From a virus (taxonomy: Duplodnaviria; Caudoviricetes): 64,000 nucleotides of DNA. The notes under the pieces were generated by a model that did not search any database, was not told where the DNA came from, and was given only the letters and a program-made list of their open reading frames with translations. The stretch is taken from the IMG/VR virus record IMGVR_UViG_3300030376_004189, positions 13,820-77,819 of that record. One strand, written 5' to 3'. A program made the position numbers and the translations under genes. Shown here piece after piece: positions 31,001-40,193 of the stretch; position 1 is the first letter of the stretch; the number at the start of each line of letters is the position of its first letter.

Positions 31001-31289
31001 TATCTGTAAGGTTGGTTATTACACAGGAACTGGATCAACACAAACAATTACAACTGGTTTCCAGCCTAGATTTGCCATTATAAAAAGAGTAAATACTGCA
31101 CAACATTGGTACGTTTTTGATACCACTAGGGGTTGGACTTCAGGAAACGATCAATACATAAAACTGGATTTAACTGATGCACAAGCGGCAGCCGATTTAG
31201 GAGAACCAATCTCAACAGGATTCCAAGTAGGTAGTGATCCTACTGTCGGAGCTAATGGAGATAAGTACATATATTATGCTCATGCTTAA
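28071..31289 (+). CDS. fibre array class C tip protein with two LamG-like domains (copy 3)
   Basis: 1072 aa; two GTGD(Y/F)T(V/I)E LamG-like inserts; ends YIYYAHA. Confidence 0.75.
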   Translation: MDNVTRLLMQGAAGAAGGDPTYVDDVFSTYLYKGDGQSGRAISNGIKLSNNNAGNGVTFDANGDYLTTSSSSDYSMGTGDYTVECWVKINTGKGNYGIFQGGGLNTSYLTGPTVFYYTGSGLSFGNGAEHGTNTHPSLNQWFHIALVKNGSNTTFYYNGTDVKTVSDTHNYTNQSFALGGYYSSSYLGPISISNFRVVKGTAVYTSSFTVPTESLTNVTNTKLLCCQGSSVTAATVITGTITANGNPNISSGPFTADDGEGGMVWIKGRTGGGYGHRLVDTVRGATKAIESYDSTAEATESNGLTSFNNNGFTLGSQGHYNGSGMEMSSWTFRKQKGFFDIVTYTGNNTAGRQIAHSLGSVPGMIMVKRLSGASNWAVYHRGTDATAPEDYWMTLNATYARQDQPHWNDTKPTSTHFTVGNDYEINGPSSQTYVAYVFAGGASDEPGAARSVACDASGDYLSLGSSSDLAMGTGDFTIEGWYKINAKQNFGFFMNGPSGLSSTYGITVWNYTSSSYGLQFFANGTYQATGFTPPDGQWFHLALVRNSGTTSLYYNGELLKAAADTTNYTNTTFQIGGYDSAPYLMNGSVSNFRIVKGTAVYTSSFKPPTQGLAAITNTVLLCCNKNTVTGSTVTPGTITSNGNPQSSTDTPFDDPAGFVFGEGKDQNLVKCGSYKGTGTGTGPEINLGFEPEFLIVKNVTSANSWFMFDSMRGITTGYNDFEFYADSSSDEVSVDRLSLTPTGFKLKDGEAGGLNTGDTHLYIAVRRPDGYVGKPAEVGTDAFAMSMGSSANNFTPSFISGWPVDTGIMRNPTGSSEWYTHSRLTGQRYVETNTTDAEASAGTNCIWDSMTGFFKNQGSNVQGWMWKRHAGMDVVCYIGKGGTLAAYAHSLGKIPEMIWVKRRDGGNPWSVYHKGLNGGSNPEGYGVQLNTSAAEAASSSRWGNTAPTSTHFFAGGNTGTNNADSTYIAMLFASVEGICKVGYYTGTGSTQTITTGFQPRFAIIKRVNTAQHWYVFDTTRGWTSGNDQYIKLDLTDAQAAADLGEPISTGFQVGSDPTVGANGDKYIYYAHA

Positions 31290-31316
31290 TCTAATAAATA
31301 ACTAAAAAGTAACAAG

Positions 31317-32030
31317 ATGGGAATAGGAAATCCGATACGACTGACAGGTAACGTTGCCTCAAAGGATATAACCGTAACTGCCACTGAAGGGCAGACCCAG
31401 TTTACTGTTACTGGTGGTTATGATATAAATCAACTCGCTGTATTTCGTAATGGTATACGACTAGTTGATGGGCAAGACTATACTGCAAGAGATGGTTCAC
31501 TCGTAACTTTATTATCTCCTGCTACTGCTGGTGATGGAGTAGCATTTAGAATATTTGCTGACTTTGCAGTTGCTGATGCAATTCAAACAGCAAAAACAAA
31601 TCAAACTATTGATGGTAATCTAGTTGTTACTGGTAGTTTAGATGTTCAGACTGGTGATACAAAGACTGCATATATTGGAGTTAGTTCTGCTGGCACAAAC
31701 ATAGGTGTTGCAAAGACACTGAACTTTATTGGTGCAGGTAATACATTTGCTGTTACTGGTGATACTATTGAAGTTAGTATTGCTGGTGGAGGTGGTGGAG
31801 GAATAGGAACTGAAGTTCAGTATGATGATAATACTGCTTCACCTTTCACATATATTGATAAGCATACAGCAGTAACATCTGATCTTGATTTAGATGGAAC
31901 TAATGCTGGTTTATCAACTTCTTATGTGGTTTCTGTTGTTCCTAACATAACTATTGTTAATGGTGTTGGAGTTACCGTTGGAACTGGTAAGACTTTGGTT
32001 ATCGATGTACTTAAGATTGGAGATCTTTAA
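31317..32030 (+). CDS. fibre array class E protein (copy 2)
   Basis: 237 aa; QTQFTV..Y....AVFRNGIRL...DYTARDG and GVSSAGT.IG.AK.LNFIG shared with 13397. Confidence 0.75.
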   Translation: MGIGNPIRLTGNVASKDITVTATEGQTQFTVTGGYDINQLAVFRNGIRLVDGQDYTARDGSLVTLLSPATAGDGVAFRIFADFAVADAIQTAKTNQTIDGNLVVTGSLDVQTGDTKTAYIGVSSAGTNIGVAKTLNFIGAGNTFAVTGDTIEVSIAGGGGGGIGTEVQYDDNTASPFTYIDKHTAVTSDLDLDGTNAGLSTSYVVSVVPNITIVNGVGVTVGTGKTLVIDVLKIGDL

Positions 32031-33914
32031 ATGTCAACTTTAAGAGTAACTAATTTAAAAGGTGGCAGTGCTGGAAGTGCTCCTAATCTACCTGACGGTG
32101 CAAATGTAACTGGTGTTATAACTGCTACAAGTTTTAGTGGTAGTGGTGCAAACCTGACGGGAATTGATGCTACTGCATTAAAAGATGGTGGTGGTAGTGT
32201 AAAAATACAAGCAAATTCAGATGGTGCGGTAGTAACTGGTGTATTAACTGCAACGACTGGTTCATTTACTGGTAATATATCTGTTGGTGGGACATTAACT
32301 TATGAAGATGTAACGAATGTAGATTCAGTTGGAATGGTAACAGCAAGAAATGGAGTTAAAGTTCTTGCTGGTGGTATTAATGCTGTTGGTGTTATAACTG
32401 CGACTAGTTTTGCAGGTAGTGGTGCAAATCTTACAGGAATTGATGCTCTTCCAAGTGTGAGTGGAACTGCAAGTGGTGCTATTGCTGCTAATAGAGCTGT
32501 ATTAATTAAGACTGATGGTACTTATGAACAAGTAACAGGTGTTGCTCAAAATATGGGATCTACTAGAGCCTTCTTTGATCGGTATGGTGTTATTGCTGGA
32601 GCATATAATCCTGATCTTTCCAATTTTGCATTTTTATATAATGATCCAGGGAATGGATACTATACTACTTCTGTTGTAGGTAGTATTAGTGGAACAACTA
32701 TTTCATGGGGGACACCTCAAGTAGCACGATCAGAAAATGGTGGTGGAGATAGTCAGGCTATGGGATATGATCCTACTTATAATAGGTATATTGGATTTAC
32801 AAAAAATACAGGTGACAGTAATAAAATTAGGTTATTGCTTGGAACTGCTAGTGGAACTTCTATTACTTGGAATGATTGGGGGAATCCTGCTTTTACCCAG
32901 GCAAATGGTGCTGACCATTATGATGTTTGTTATAATACTTCAGGTAATCTTAGACATGCTCTGGTTTATATGGGTGGAGGTAGTCAAATTTGTATAGCAG
33001 AATTTGAAGTAGTAAATCCAGGTAATTCGATCAGTGTATTAGCAAGTGATTATGTGTGGAGTAGTAGTGGATATAATAATTGTTATATATGCTATGATTC
33101 GACTAATAATTGTTATTTAGTAACTGCTACTAAGCAAAATAATAATTGGTATGGTAGTGTGAGAGTAATGAATTCTGGTCAGCTGCCATCCCCTCCAGGT
33201 CAGCAGTGGGATATGGGACCATATGTAAGGCCATATGGAATTGCACATGATCCTGTAAGTGGTAATACCTGCGTTTTATGGTATAATACTAGTAATTATA
33301 ATCTCTTTCTTCAGAGTACTACTAGTGTTAACACTGGTAGTGGAAATATCCAGTATGGATCTGCAGTTCAGGTGAATGATGGAGGTTCTAGTTTCTCAGG
33401 AGCTGGACTGACTTATGATCCTAATGCTAAAAAATTCGTTGTATCATATTCCTATTCTACTGGAGGAAGTCATGCTATAACAGCAACAGTTTCTTCTGCG
33501 GGTGTTATAACTCTAGATACTAGAATGGTCATTAACGCAGGTGGAATTTATAGTACTTCCGCCCAAAAATCAATGGCCAATTTGTTTGATCCAAGTAGTA
33601 ATAAAATAGCAACGGTTTATCAGGATGCAGGGAATAATATTGGTAATGGTTCAGAAGGTGGTTATGGAAGAGTAATCACAGCTGGTTATAATAATTTGGT
33701 TGCTGATAGGTATATTGGTTTTTCTGCTGAAGGTGCTACGAATGGACAAACTGTAAAAGTAAAAACTAAAAGTAATACAGTAACTCAATCTGGATTAACA
33801 ACAACTTCAAGATACTATATCCAAGGTGTTGATGGGACTGTTGGATCTAGTCCAGACAATCCAAGTGTTGATGTAGGTATTGCTTTAAATTCTAATAACG
33901 TATTACTTCAATAA
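32031..33914 (+). CDS. fibre array class A receptor-binding protein (copy 3)
   Basis: 627 aa; class A termini; ATG directly abuts the preceding TAA in frame. Confidence 0.75.
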   Translation: MSTLRVTNLKGGSAGSAPNLPDGANVTGVITATSFSGSGANLTGIDATALKDGGGSVKIQANSDGAVVTGVLTATTGSFTGNISVGGTLTYEDVTNVDSVGMVTARNGVKVLAGGINAVGVITATSFAGSGANLTGIDALPSVSGTASGAIAANRAVLIKTDGTYEQVTGVAQNMGSTRAFFDRYGVIAGAYNPDLSNFAFLYNDPGNGYYTTSVVGSISGTTISWGTPQVARSENGGGDSQAMGYDPTYNRYIGFTKNTGDSNKIRLLLGTASGTSITWNDWGNPAFTQANGADHYDVCYNTSGNLRHALVYMGGGSQICIAEFEVVNPGNSISVLASDYVWSSSGYNNCYICYDSTNNCYLVTATKQNNNWYGSVRVMNSGQLPSPPGQQWDMGPYVRPYGIAHDPVSGNTCVLWYNTSNYNLFLQSTTSVNTGSGNIQYGSAVQVNDGGSSFSGAGLTYDPNAKKFVVSYSYSTGGSHAITATVSSAGVITLDTRMVINAGGIYSTSAQKSMANLFDPSSNKIATVYQDAGNNIGNGSEGGYGRVITAGYNNLVADRYIGFSAEGATNGQTVKVKTKSNTVTQSGLTTTSRYYIQGVDGTVGSSPDNPSVDVGIALNSNNVLLQ

Positions 33915-33939
33915 ATATCCTTACCTGATTTAAATTATT

Positions 33940-34404
33940 ATGCCTGACTTTAGAATACGAGAGACTGGAGAAGTTGTAAGTGATACTGAATTTCGTTTGA
34001 GAAACAAGCATACATCTTTTCCAAGGATTATTGATGAACCACTTCAAGAGGAGTTTGGAATTGATATGATTTTTGAGGGACCACAGAAACAAGGTCCACC
34101 ACCTTATTCGCAAACTTATAGGGATGGTATAGAAGAAATAAAAGGTAAATGGTATACAAAATATAGTATTAGGCAACAAGATAAAGAACCGATTGATAAG
34201 CAACAAGCAGAGAATATAAGAAATAGAAGAGATAGTTTAATAAAAGAAAGTGATTGGAGAGCAGTATCAGATCGTAAACTAGAACCAGGTTGGAAAGAGT
34301 ATCGTCAAGCACTTCGTGATATATCCAAACAGGAAGGATTCCCTCATGATGTTGAATGGCCAGTAGATCCTGATGGTAAAACCCATGACGGTCCAGGTGG
34401 CTAA
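33940..34404 (+). CDS. phage tail fibre assembly chaperone-like protein
   Basis: 154 aa; C-terminal IRNRRDSLIKESDW...WKEYRQALRDI..QEGFP..VEWP motif; ATAAATA at 33911-33917. Confidence 0.75.
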   Translation: MPDFRIRETGEVVSDTEFRLRNKHTSFPRIIDEPLQEEFGIDMIFEGPQKQGPPPYSQTYRDGIEEIKGKWYTKYSIRQQDKEPIDKQQAENIRNRRDSLIKESDWRAVSDRKLEPGWKEYRQALRDISKQEGFPHDVEWPVDPDGKTHDGPGG

Positions 34405-34471
34405 ATAACTTGAGGAGATTCCATAGTGATTATCTTATATTATTCATAAATAACTAAAAAAGAAGGCGAAG

Positions 34472-36643
34472 ATGTCACAGTTAAATGTCGATAACATACG
34501 AAATCGAACTGGTTCTAACGGAGGACCGAACTTTCCCAGTGGCATAACAGTTGCTGTAGGACAGACTGCTTATATACATGGTAATTTGCAAGTTGATGGA
34601 ACAGAAACCATTATTAATACAGAGACATTAAATGTTGCTGATAAGACTGTAGGTATTGGTTCGACTTCTAATGCTTCTAATACGACTGCCGATGGTTCAG
34701 GTATTGAGGTATTCGCAAGTTCTTCGCAGACAGGAAATAATAAAACTTTAACATGGAGTAATACATCAAATAGTTGGGAGTTTGGTCCTAATGATGTTGG
34801 ACTTAAAGTAGGAACAGGTATAACAGTATATGGTGAGACTGGAATTGTAAGTGCTACAAGTTTTAAGGGAGATGGTTCACAATTAACTGGTATTGATGCA
34901 ACAGCAATTCAGACAGGCAATACAAGTGTTCAGACGGTAGATACTGGTTCTGATGGTCATGTCAAGATGACTACAGAAGGTGGAGAAAGAGTTCGTGTAG
35001 GTCCAGCAGGTCAAATTGGTCTTGGTGGTGCTAACTATGGAACATCAGGTCAGGTAATAACTTCTGCAGGAACTGGTAGTGCTCCTAGTTGGGCTGCTAT
35101 TCCTCCTGGTGGTAATGTAATTACAGCAGAAGCCGAAGGTGCTATTGCTGTTGGTAAATGTGTACAGATAAGAACAGATGGAAAAGTAGAACAAATAGCA
35201 GAATCATCGCAAGCAGCTGGTCCTGGTAATGCTAGTTTAGGACCAGAAGAATGGGTTTCAGATGGCAATAACGACAATATTAAATGGACATGTACTGTTG
35301 TTGATCCAGATGCTTCCAGAGCTATTGCTTATTTTCAAGGTAATAATGATGATATATCGTGTACAAATGTACCTATTAACGCATCAGGAGGTTTGGGAGC
35401 AAGAACACAAACTTTTTTAAAAGTAGATAGTAGTGCCCAAGGTCAAGTGGATAATCCTAGACATACATGGAGTGCTTGTTATGACACAACTAACGATAAG
35501 CATTTATGTGTTTGGGCTACTTCTGGTAGTGGTGGTGCTATCCACCATAAAACTGGTACTATGCAAGGTGCTGGTGGAATTGTTTTGGATTGGGGCACAC
35601 TAGGTACTGTAGTTGCAGGAGTTGCAGGTAATACTCCAAGTGTTGTTTTTGATTCTGCAACTGGAAGAATGGTTCTTGTTTATAGAAGATCTTCTGATTG
35701 GTATCCTCAAGTTGTAATTGGTTCTTATAACAGTGGTACTGGATCATATGATTGGGGAACTCCAGTAACCATAGCAAGCGTAGGAATGAGTGCTGATATA
35801 CAAGTTTGTAAGGCTGGATCTACTACTGGAACATATGCTGTTTTCTGGAAACGAAACTCTGATAATAATTGTAGAGGAAATCTAATTACTGTTTCTTCTA
35901 GCTCTAATACATGCACTGTATCATCAGATGCAAATGTTGTTGCTGTAGGATCATTATATTATGAAGTTGCATATGATGAAAATGCTGATAGAATTAATAT
36001 GGTATATCATAGACCTGATACTGGAAGGATGTATATCCAAAGAGTAAAACGTAATTCAGGAAATACTGCAATTGAAATTGATGGTAGTAGTGCTGAAGTA
36101 ATATCCCAACAAGCTGGCCAAGATATAATGATTGCATATTCACCAGCAGCTTTAAGATGTTATTGTTGGTGGAGAGATCCTTCATACGGGAGTGCTACTA
36201 GATGGAAGTTCCTTAGTAATACGACTGGTACTCCTACATTTGGCGGTGAAACTAGTCCATCCAATAATCCAGATACGAATTCTAATGGTTTGGGTTATCC
36301 TGATGTAGATCCTACGACAGGAAATATTTACTTTTGTGTTGATCACGACTCTAATAATAGAGGTCAAATGTGGTCTATAACAACAACCGCAGAGGTATCA
36401 AACAGAAGTGTTGCTAATCATTACTTAGGTTTTGCAGACCAAGCATATACTGACGGTCAAACAGCTACGATTAAAACTTATGGTAATAATACTTCTGATT
36501 TGTCAGGATTAACGATTGGTACTAAATATTATGTTCAAAATGATGGAACTGTCGCCACTGGAACAGCATCTCCAAGTGCTTTAGCTGGGTTAGCTATTTC
36601 TGCTACTAAATTATTAATCATGGAACCTAAAGCTGATGTTTAA
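34472..36643 (+). CDS. fibre array class A receptor-binding protein (copy 4, variant stalk)
   Basis: 723 aa; anchor start DNIRNRTGSNGGPNFPSG but GNLQVDGTETIINT stalk instead of GGTLTYEDV; class A C-terminus. Confidence 0.75.
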   Translation: MSQLNVDNIRNRTGSNGGPNFPSGITVAVGQTAYIHGNLQVDGTETIINTETLNVADKTVGIGSTSNASNTTADGSGIEVFASSSQTGNNKTLTWSNTSNSWEFGPNDVGLKVGTGITVYGETGIVSATSFKGDGSQLTGIDATAIQTGNTSVQTVDTGSDGHVKMTTEGGERVRVGPAGQIGLGGANYGTSGQVITSAGTGSAPSWAAIPPGGNVITAEAEGAIAVGKCVQIRTDGKVEQIAESSQAAGPGNASLGPEEWVSDGNNDNIKWTCTVVDPDASRAIAYFQGNNDDISCTNVPINASGGLGARTQTFLKVDSSAQGQVDNPRHTWSACYDTTNDKHLCVWATSGSGGAIHHKTGTMQGAGGIVLDWGTLGTVVAGVAGNTPSVVFDSATGRMVLVYRRSSDWYPQVVIGSYNSGTGSYDWGTPVTIASVGMSADIQVCKAGSTTGTYAVFWKRNSDNNCRGNLITVSSSSNTCTVSSDANVVAVGSLYYEVAYDENADRINMVYHRPDTGRMYIQRVKRNSGNTAIEIDGSSAEVISQQAGQDIMIAYSPAALRCYCWWRDPSYGSATRWKFLSNTTGTPTFGGETSPSNNPDTNSNGLGYPDVDPTTGNIYFCVDHDSNNRGQMWSITTTAEVSNRSVANHYLGFADQAYTDGQTATIKTYGNNTSDLSGLTIGTKYYVQNDGTVATGTASPSALAGLAISATKLLIMEPKADV

Positions 36644-36692
36644 TATAATGCTCCTACTTAATCCTATAAATAAATAAAAAGTTTCTAAAATA

Positions 36693-37439
36693 ATGTCAAG
36701 AATTAGAGCTGACAAGTTAGTCAATAAGAATGCGTCGGGTGGTCCTGATTTACCGCTTGGTGCAACAGTATCTGGCATTCTTACTTCTACTGGTGGATTT
36801 GCTGGTTCTGGTGCTAACCTTACTGATGTTCCAGCAACCAGTTTGACGGGAACACCGAATATTACTGTAGGAACGATAGGAGCAGGAAATATTACATCTT
36901 CAGGAACAGTTAGTGGTGTTACAGGAAACTTTAGTGGTAATGTAGATGTAACTGGTAATATAAGCGTTGGTGGAACATTAACTTATCAAGATGTAACTAG
37001 TGTTGATTCGGTTGGTCTTGCTACTGCCAGATCAGGATTACGGGTAACAGCAGGGGGAATTGTAGTAACAGCAGGTGTATCAACTTTCTCTGGTTTAACG
37101 CAACAAAATGCAGGAACAAAAGTAACTGGTCCTTATTCTGCTAATATAACAGCAATGGGAGCAAATGACGTTGATTGCTCTGCTGGTAATTACTTTACAA
37201 AGACTATAACAGGAGCAACGACCTTTACATTCTCTAATGCACCTACTAGTGTAGTATATTCATTCACGATGGAAGTAACATTGAATGGATCGAATGCAAT
37301 CACATGGCCAGCAGCAGTTAAATGGAATGGAGATTCAGCACCATCAATTACTGATGCAAAGACACAATTGTTTATGTTTATAACAGACGATGGTGGAACT
37401 CGTTGGAGAGGTTCAGCACTTGTAGACTACGTTAATTAA
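36693..37439 (+). CDS. fibre array class B anchor/adaptor protein (copy 4)
   Basis: 248 aa; GGTLTYQDVTSVDSVG; ends WRGSALVDYVN. Confidence 0.75.
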   Translation: MSRIRADKLVNKNASGGPDLPLGATVSGILTSTGGFAGSGANLTDVPATSLTGTPNITVGTIGAGNITSSGTVSGVTGNFSGNVDVTGNISVGGTLTYQDVTSVDSVGLATARSGLRVTAGGIVVTAGVSTFSGLTQQNAGTKVTGPYSANITAMGANDVDCSAGNYFTKTITGATTFTFSNAPTSVVYSFTMEVTLNGSNAITWPAAVKWNGDSAPSITDAKTQLFMFITDDGGTRWRGSALVDYVN

Positions 37440-37444
37440 ATACC

Positions 37445-39427
37445 ATGACAGATCCTATTACACAGTCAATGATGCGGGGTGCTGCTGGTGCAGGTGGTGC
37501 TACATATATAAATGATATTTTTAATATAGATGTATATAAAGGTAAAAGTAGTGTAGGAGTTGCCATAACAAATGGTATGGATTACACTGAAGATTCTTTG
37601 GTAGTGATAAAAAATAGAGAAAGAGGTAGTAAGTCATGGTGGGTTTTTGATAATAAAAGTGGTATAAAACCTTCTTCTGATGGTGGAAACCAAAATGGTA
37701 CTGCATGGATTAACTCTACAACTGCAGCAGCACAAGGATATAATTCTACTTATAATATAACTCGTAATGCTACTGGTTTTGTTACCCCTACAACAAATGA
37801 TAATGAGTTGGGTACTAATGATGATTTTTATGTATCATACTCTCTTAAGAAAACAGAAAACTTTTTTGATATAGTTAATTACACTGGAACAGGTTCTGTA
37901 CAGAACGTTCCGCATAATTTAGGTGCGACTCCTGGAATGATGTGGATAAAGGAGTATGGTGCTGATGGTCAGAGTTGGATAATATACCACAGAGTTATTG
38001 GTGGTACAAGGTATCTTAAGTTTGATAATGGTGGTTGGGTATTAGGTGGTAGTGCGGCGTTTAACAATCAACCACCTTCAGCAACTCATTTTACTGTTAA
38101 TACAGATAATGCAACTAATAGGAGTGGTAGGACATATGTAGCTTATCTTTTTGCTGATCATAGTGATAATAGTGGCACGTTTGGTGAGGGAGGAGATCAA
38201 AATATAATTGCATGTGGTGCGTATAATGGTAATGCTAATTCAACTGGTCCTACCATTGATTTAGGATGGGAACCTGAATGGGTTGTAATTAAAAGAAAAC
38301 AATATAATGAAAATTGGTTTACAGCTGATCAAATGCAGCAAATGCCTGGCACATGGGATCTGCCTACAAACTGGATGAAACTGGATACTACTGATACCAA
38401 CCAAGTAAATGATCGAATGGTTTTTGTTACACCTACAGGATTTAAGATCTCTTCTGGTGATGCTATGATTAATCAGAGTGGTGAACAATATATTTACTTT
38501 GCAATTCGTAGACCTGAATTATCAGTTGCTAGACCTATTGAAAGTCCGACTGAAGTTTTTGGTATGGATAATAGTGCAGAACTTACTAATCAAACTCCTT
38601 GTTTCCCTCTCAGAAGTATAAGGAAAGTTGATTTCGCAACTGCTCGTGGATATGCTGGAAATGAAGACTGGTATGCTTCTGATAGGAAAATGGGTCGGAG
38701 GAGATACTACCTTAATACTTCAGGAGCTCCTTCTGCGTCTAGTTACCGATTTGATTTCCTTCATGCATGGAATTCAGGTTGGAATACTAGTGGATATCAA
38801 ACTTGGGCATGGGCAAGAAATCCTGGATCTTTTGATATACAAGGTCATCTAGGAACTGGTGGAAATGCTTCTCATGGACATAGATTGGGTGTTGTTCCTG
38901 AAATGATGTGGGTGAAGAGAACTAACGGTGTTAGAGATTGGGCAGTCTATCATTTTGGTATGAATAATGGAAATAATCCACAAGGACATTATATGCAATT
39001 AAATGAACAGCAATGGGCTGCTAGTTCAACTACTCATTGGAATTCTACTGTTCCTACTGCTACTCATTATAGCGTTGGTAGTTCTAATCAAACTAATGGT
39101 GGTAATGATGATTATCATACTTATCTTTTTGCAAGTAAAGCAGGGGTTAGTAAGTGTGGATATTATAGTGGCACAGGTGCAGCTCAAACTATAACACTTG
39201 GATTCCAACCAAGATTTGTATTGATTAAATGTGGCAATGCTAATAACACTAAATGGGCAATGTGGGATTCATTCAGAGGATGGGACAAGTGCATGGATTT
39301 ATCACAGTCTGCAGGTCAAACTGGTTTCCAAGCATTTACTGTTTCTTCTACAGGTATTAATCTTATGGTTGGTAATGGTCATACAAATGACAGTGGAAGA
39401 TATTACATATATTATGCTCATGCTTAA
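37445..39427 (+). CDS. fibre array class C tip protein without LamG (copy 4)
   Basis: 660 aa; class C backbone only; ends YIYYAHA. Confidence 0.75.
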   Translation: MTDPITQSMMRGAAGAGGATYINDIFNIDVYKGKSSVGVAITNGMDYTEDSLVVIKNRERGSKSWWVFDNKSGIKPSSDGGNQNGTAWINSTTAAAQGYNSTYNITRNATGFVTPTTNDNELGTNDDFYVSYSLKKTENFFDIVNYTGTGSVQNVPHNLGATPGMMWIKEYGADGQSWIIYHRVIGGTRYLKFDNGGWVLGGSAAFNNQPPSATHFTVNTDNATNRSGRTYVAYLFADHSDNSGTFGEGGDQNIIACGAYNGNANSTGPTIDLGWEPEWVVIKRKQYNENWFTADQMQQMPGTWDLPTNWMKLDTTDTNQVNDRMVFVTPTGFKISSGDAMINQSGEQYIYFAIRRPELSVARPIESPTEVFGMDNSAELTNQTPCFPLRSIRKVDFATARGYAGNEDWYASDRKMGRRRYYLNTSGAPSASSYRFDFLHAWNSGWNTSGYQTWAWARNPGSFDIQGHLGTGGNASHGHRLGVVPEMMWVKRTNGVRDWAVYHFGMNNGNNPQGHYMQLNEQQWAASSTTHWNSTVPTATHYSVGSSNQTNGGNDDYHTYLFASKAGVSKCGYYSGTGAAQTITLGFQPRFVLIKCGNANNTKWAMWDSFRGWDKCMDLSQSAGQTGFQAFTVSSTGINLMVGNGHTNDSGRYYIYYAHA

Positions 39428-39461
39428 TCCTTATAAATAACTAGAAAAGTAACCAAATACC

Positions 39462-40187
39462 ATGTCTGATATTCGAGTAGACAATATTAAGAACGAAGCA
39501 GGGACAGGATCTCCAAGTTTTCCTTTCGGTGCGAATGTTACTGGTATCGTTTCTGCTACTTCATTTGTAGGTAATGTTACTGGTAATCTTACTGGTAATG
39601 CATCGGGATCATCTGCATCTTGTACTGGTAACGCAGCATCAGCAACAGTCGCAACAAATGCACAAGGATTAACGGGTAGTCCGAATATTTCTGTAGGAAC
39701 GATAACTGCTACTGGTAACGTAAGTATTGGTGGAACATTAACATACGAAGATGTAACTAATATAGACTCTGTTGGTGTTATAACTGCTAGAAGTGGAGTA
39801 GATTTTGGTGGTATTCTCCGAGAGAAAGTAAAGGTAACTGCAGGAAAGTTAAGTGATAATACACAGATTAATTTAGATGATGGAATGGTTCATTTGTTTA
39901 CTACTCAAGAAACAGCAACATCCACACCTAATATTACATCAAGCGTAGGAATTAACACAGTAATGGCAGTTGGTGATACAATGACATTAAGTGTTATCAC
40001 AACTGCTGCTGCTGGTGCATATTCTGCAAACTGGACAGTCGATCATACTGCTGTAACTGAAGCATGGAATGGTGGTGCTGCTCCTGCTGCTGGTGGTTCT
40101 GCTGGAAAAGATTTCTATACACTTAATATCATCAAAACAGGAAATGCTGCATTTACTGTTCTTGGTAACGTTTCTAACTTCGCTTGA
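39462..40187 (+). CDS. fibre array class B' anchor/adaptor protein (divergent adaptor)
   Basis: 241 aa; anchor motif; C-terminal AWNGGAAP...KDFYTLNIIKTG...VLGNVSNFA adaptor variant. Confidence 0.7.
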   Translation: MSDIRVDNIKNEAGTGSPSFPFGANVTGIVSATSFVGNVTGNLTGNASGSSASCTGNAASATVATNAQGLTGSPNISVGTITATGNVSIGGTLTYEDVTNIDSVGVITARSGVDFGGILREKVKVTAGKLSDNTQINLDDGMVHLFTTQETATSTPNITSSVGINTVMAVGDTMTLSVITTAAAGAYSANWTVDHTAVTEAWNGGAAPAAGGSAGKDFYTLNIIKTGNAAFTVLGNVSNFA

Positions 40188-40193
40188 ATCTAA

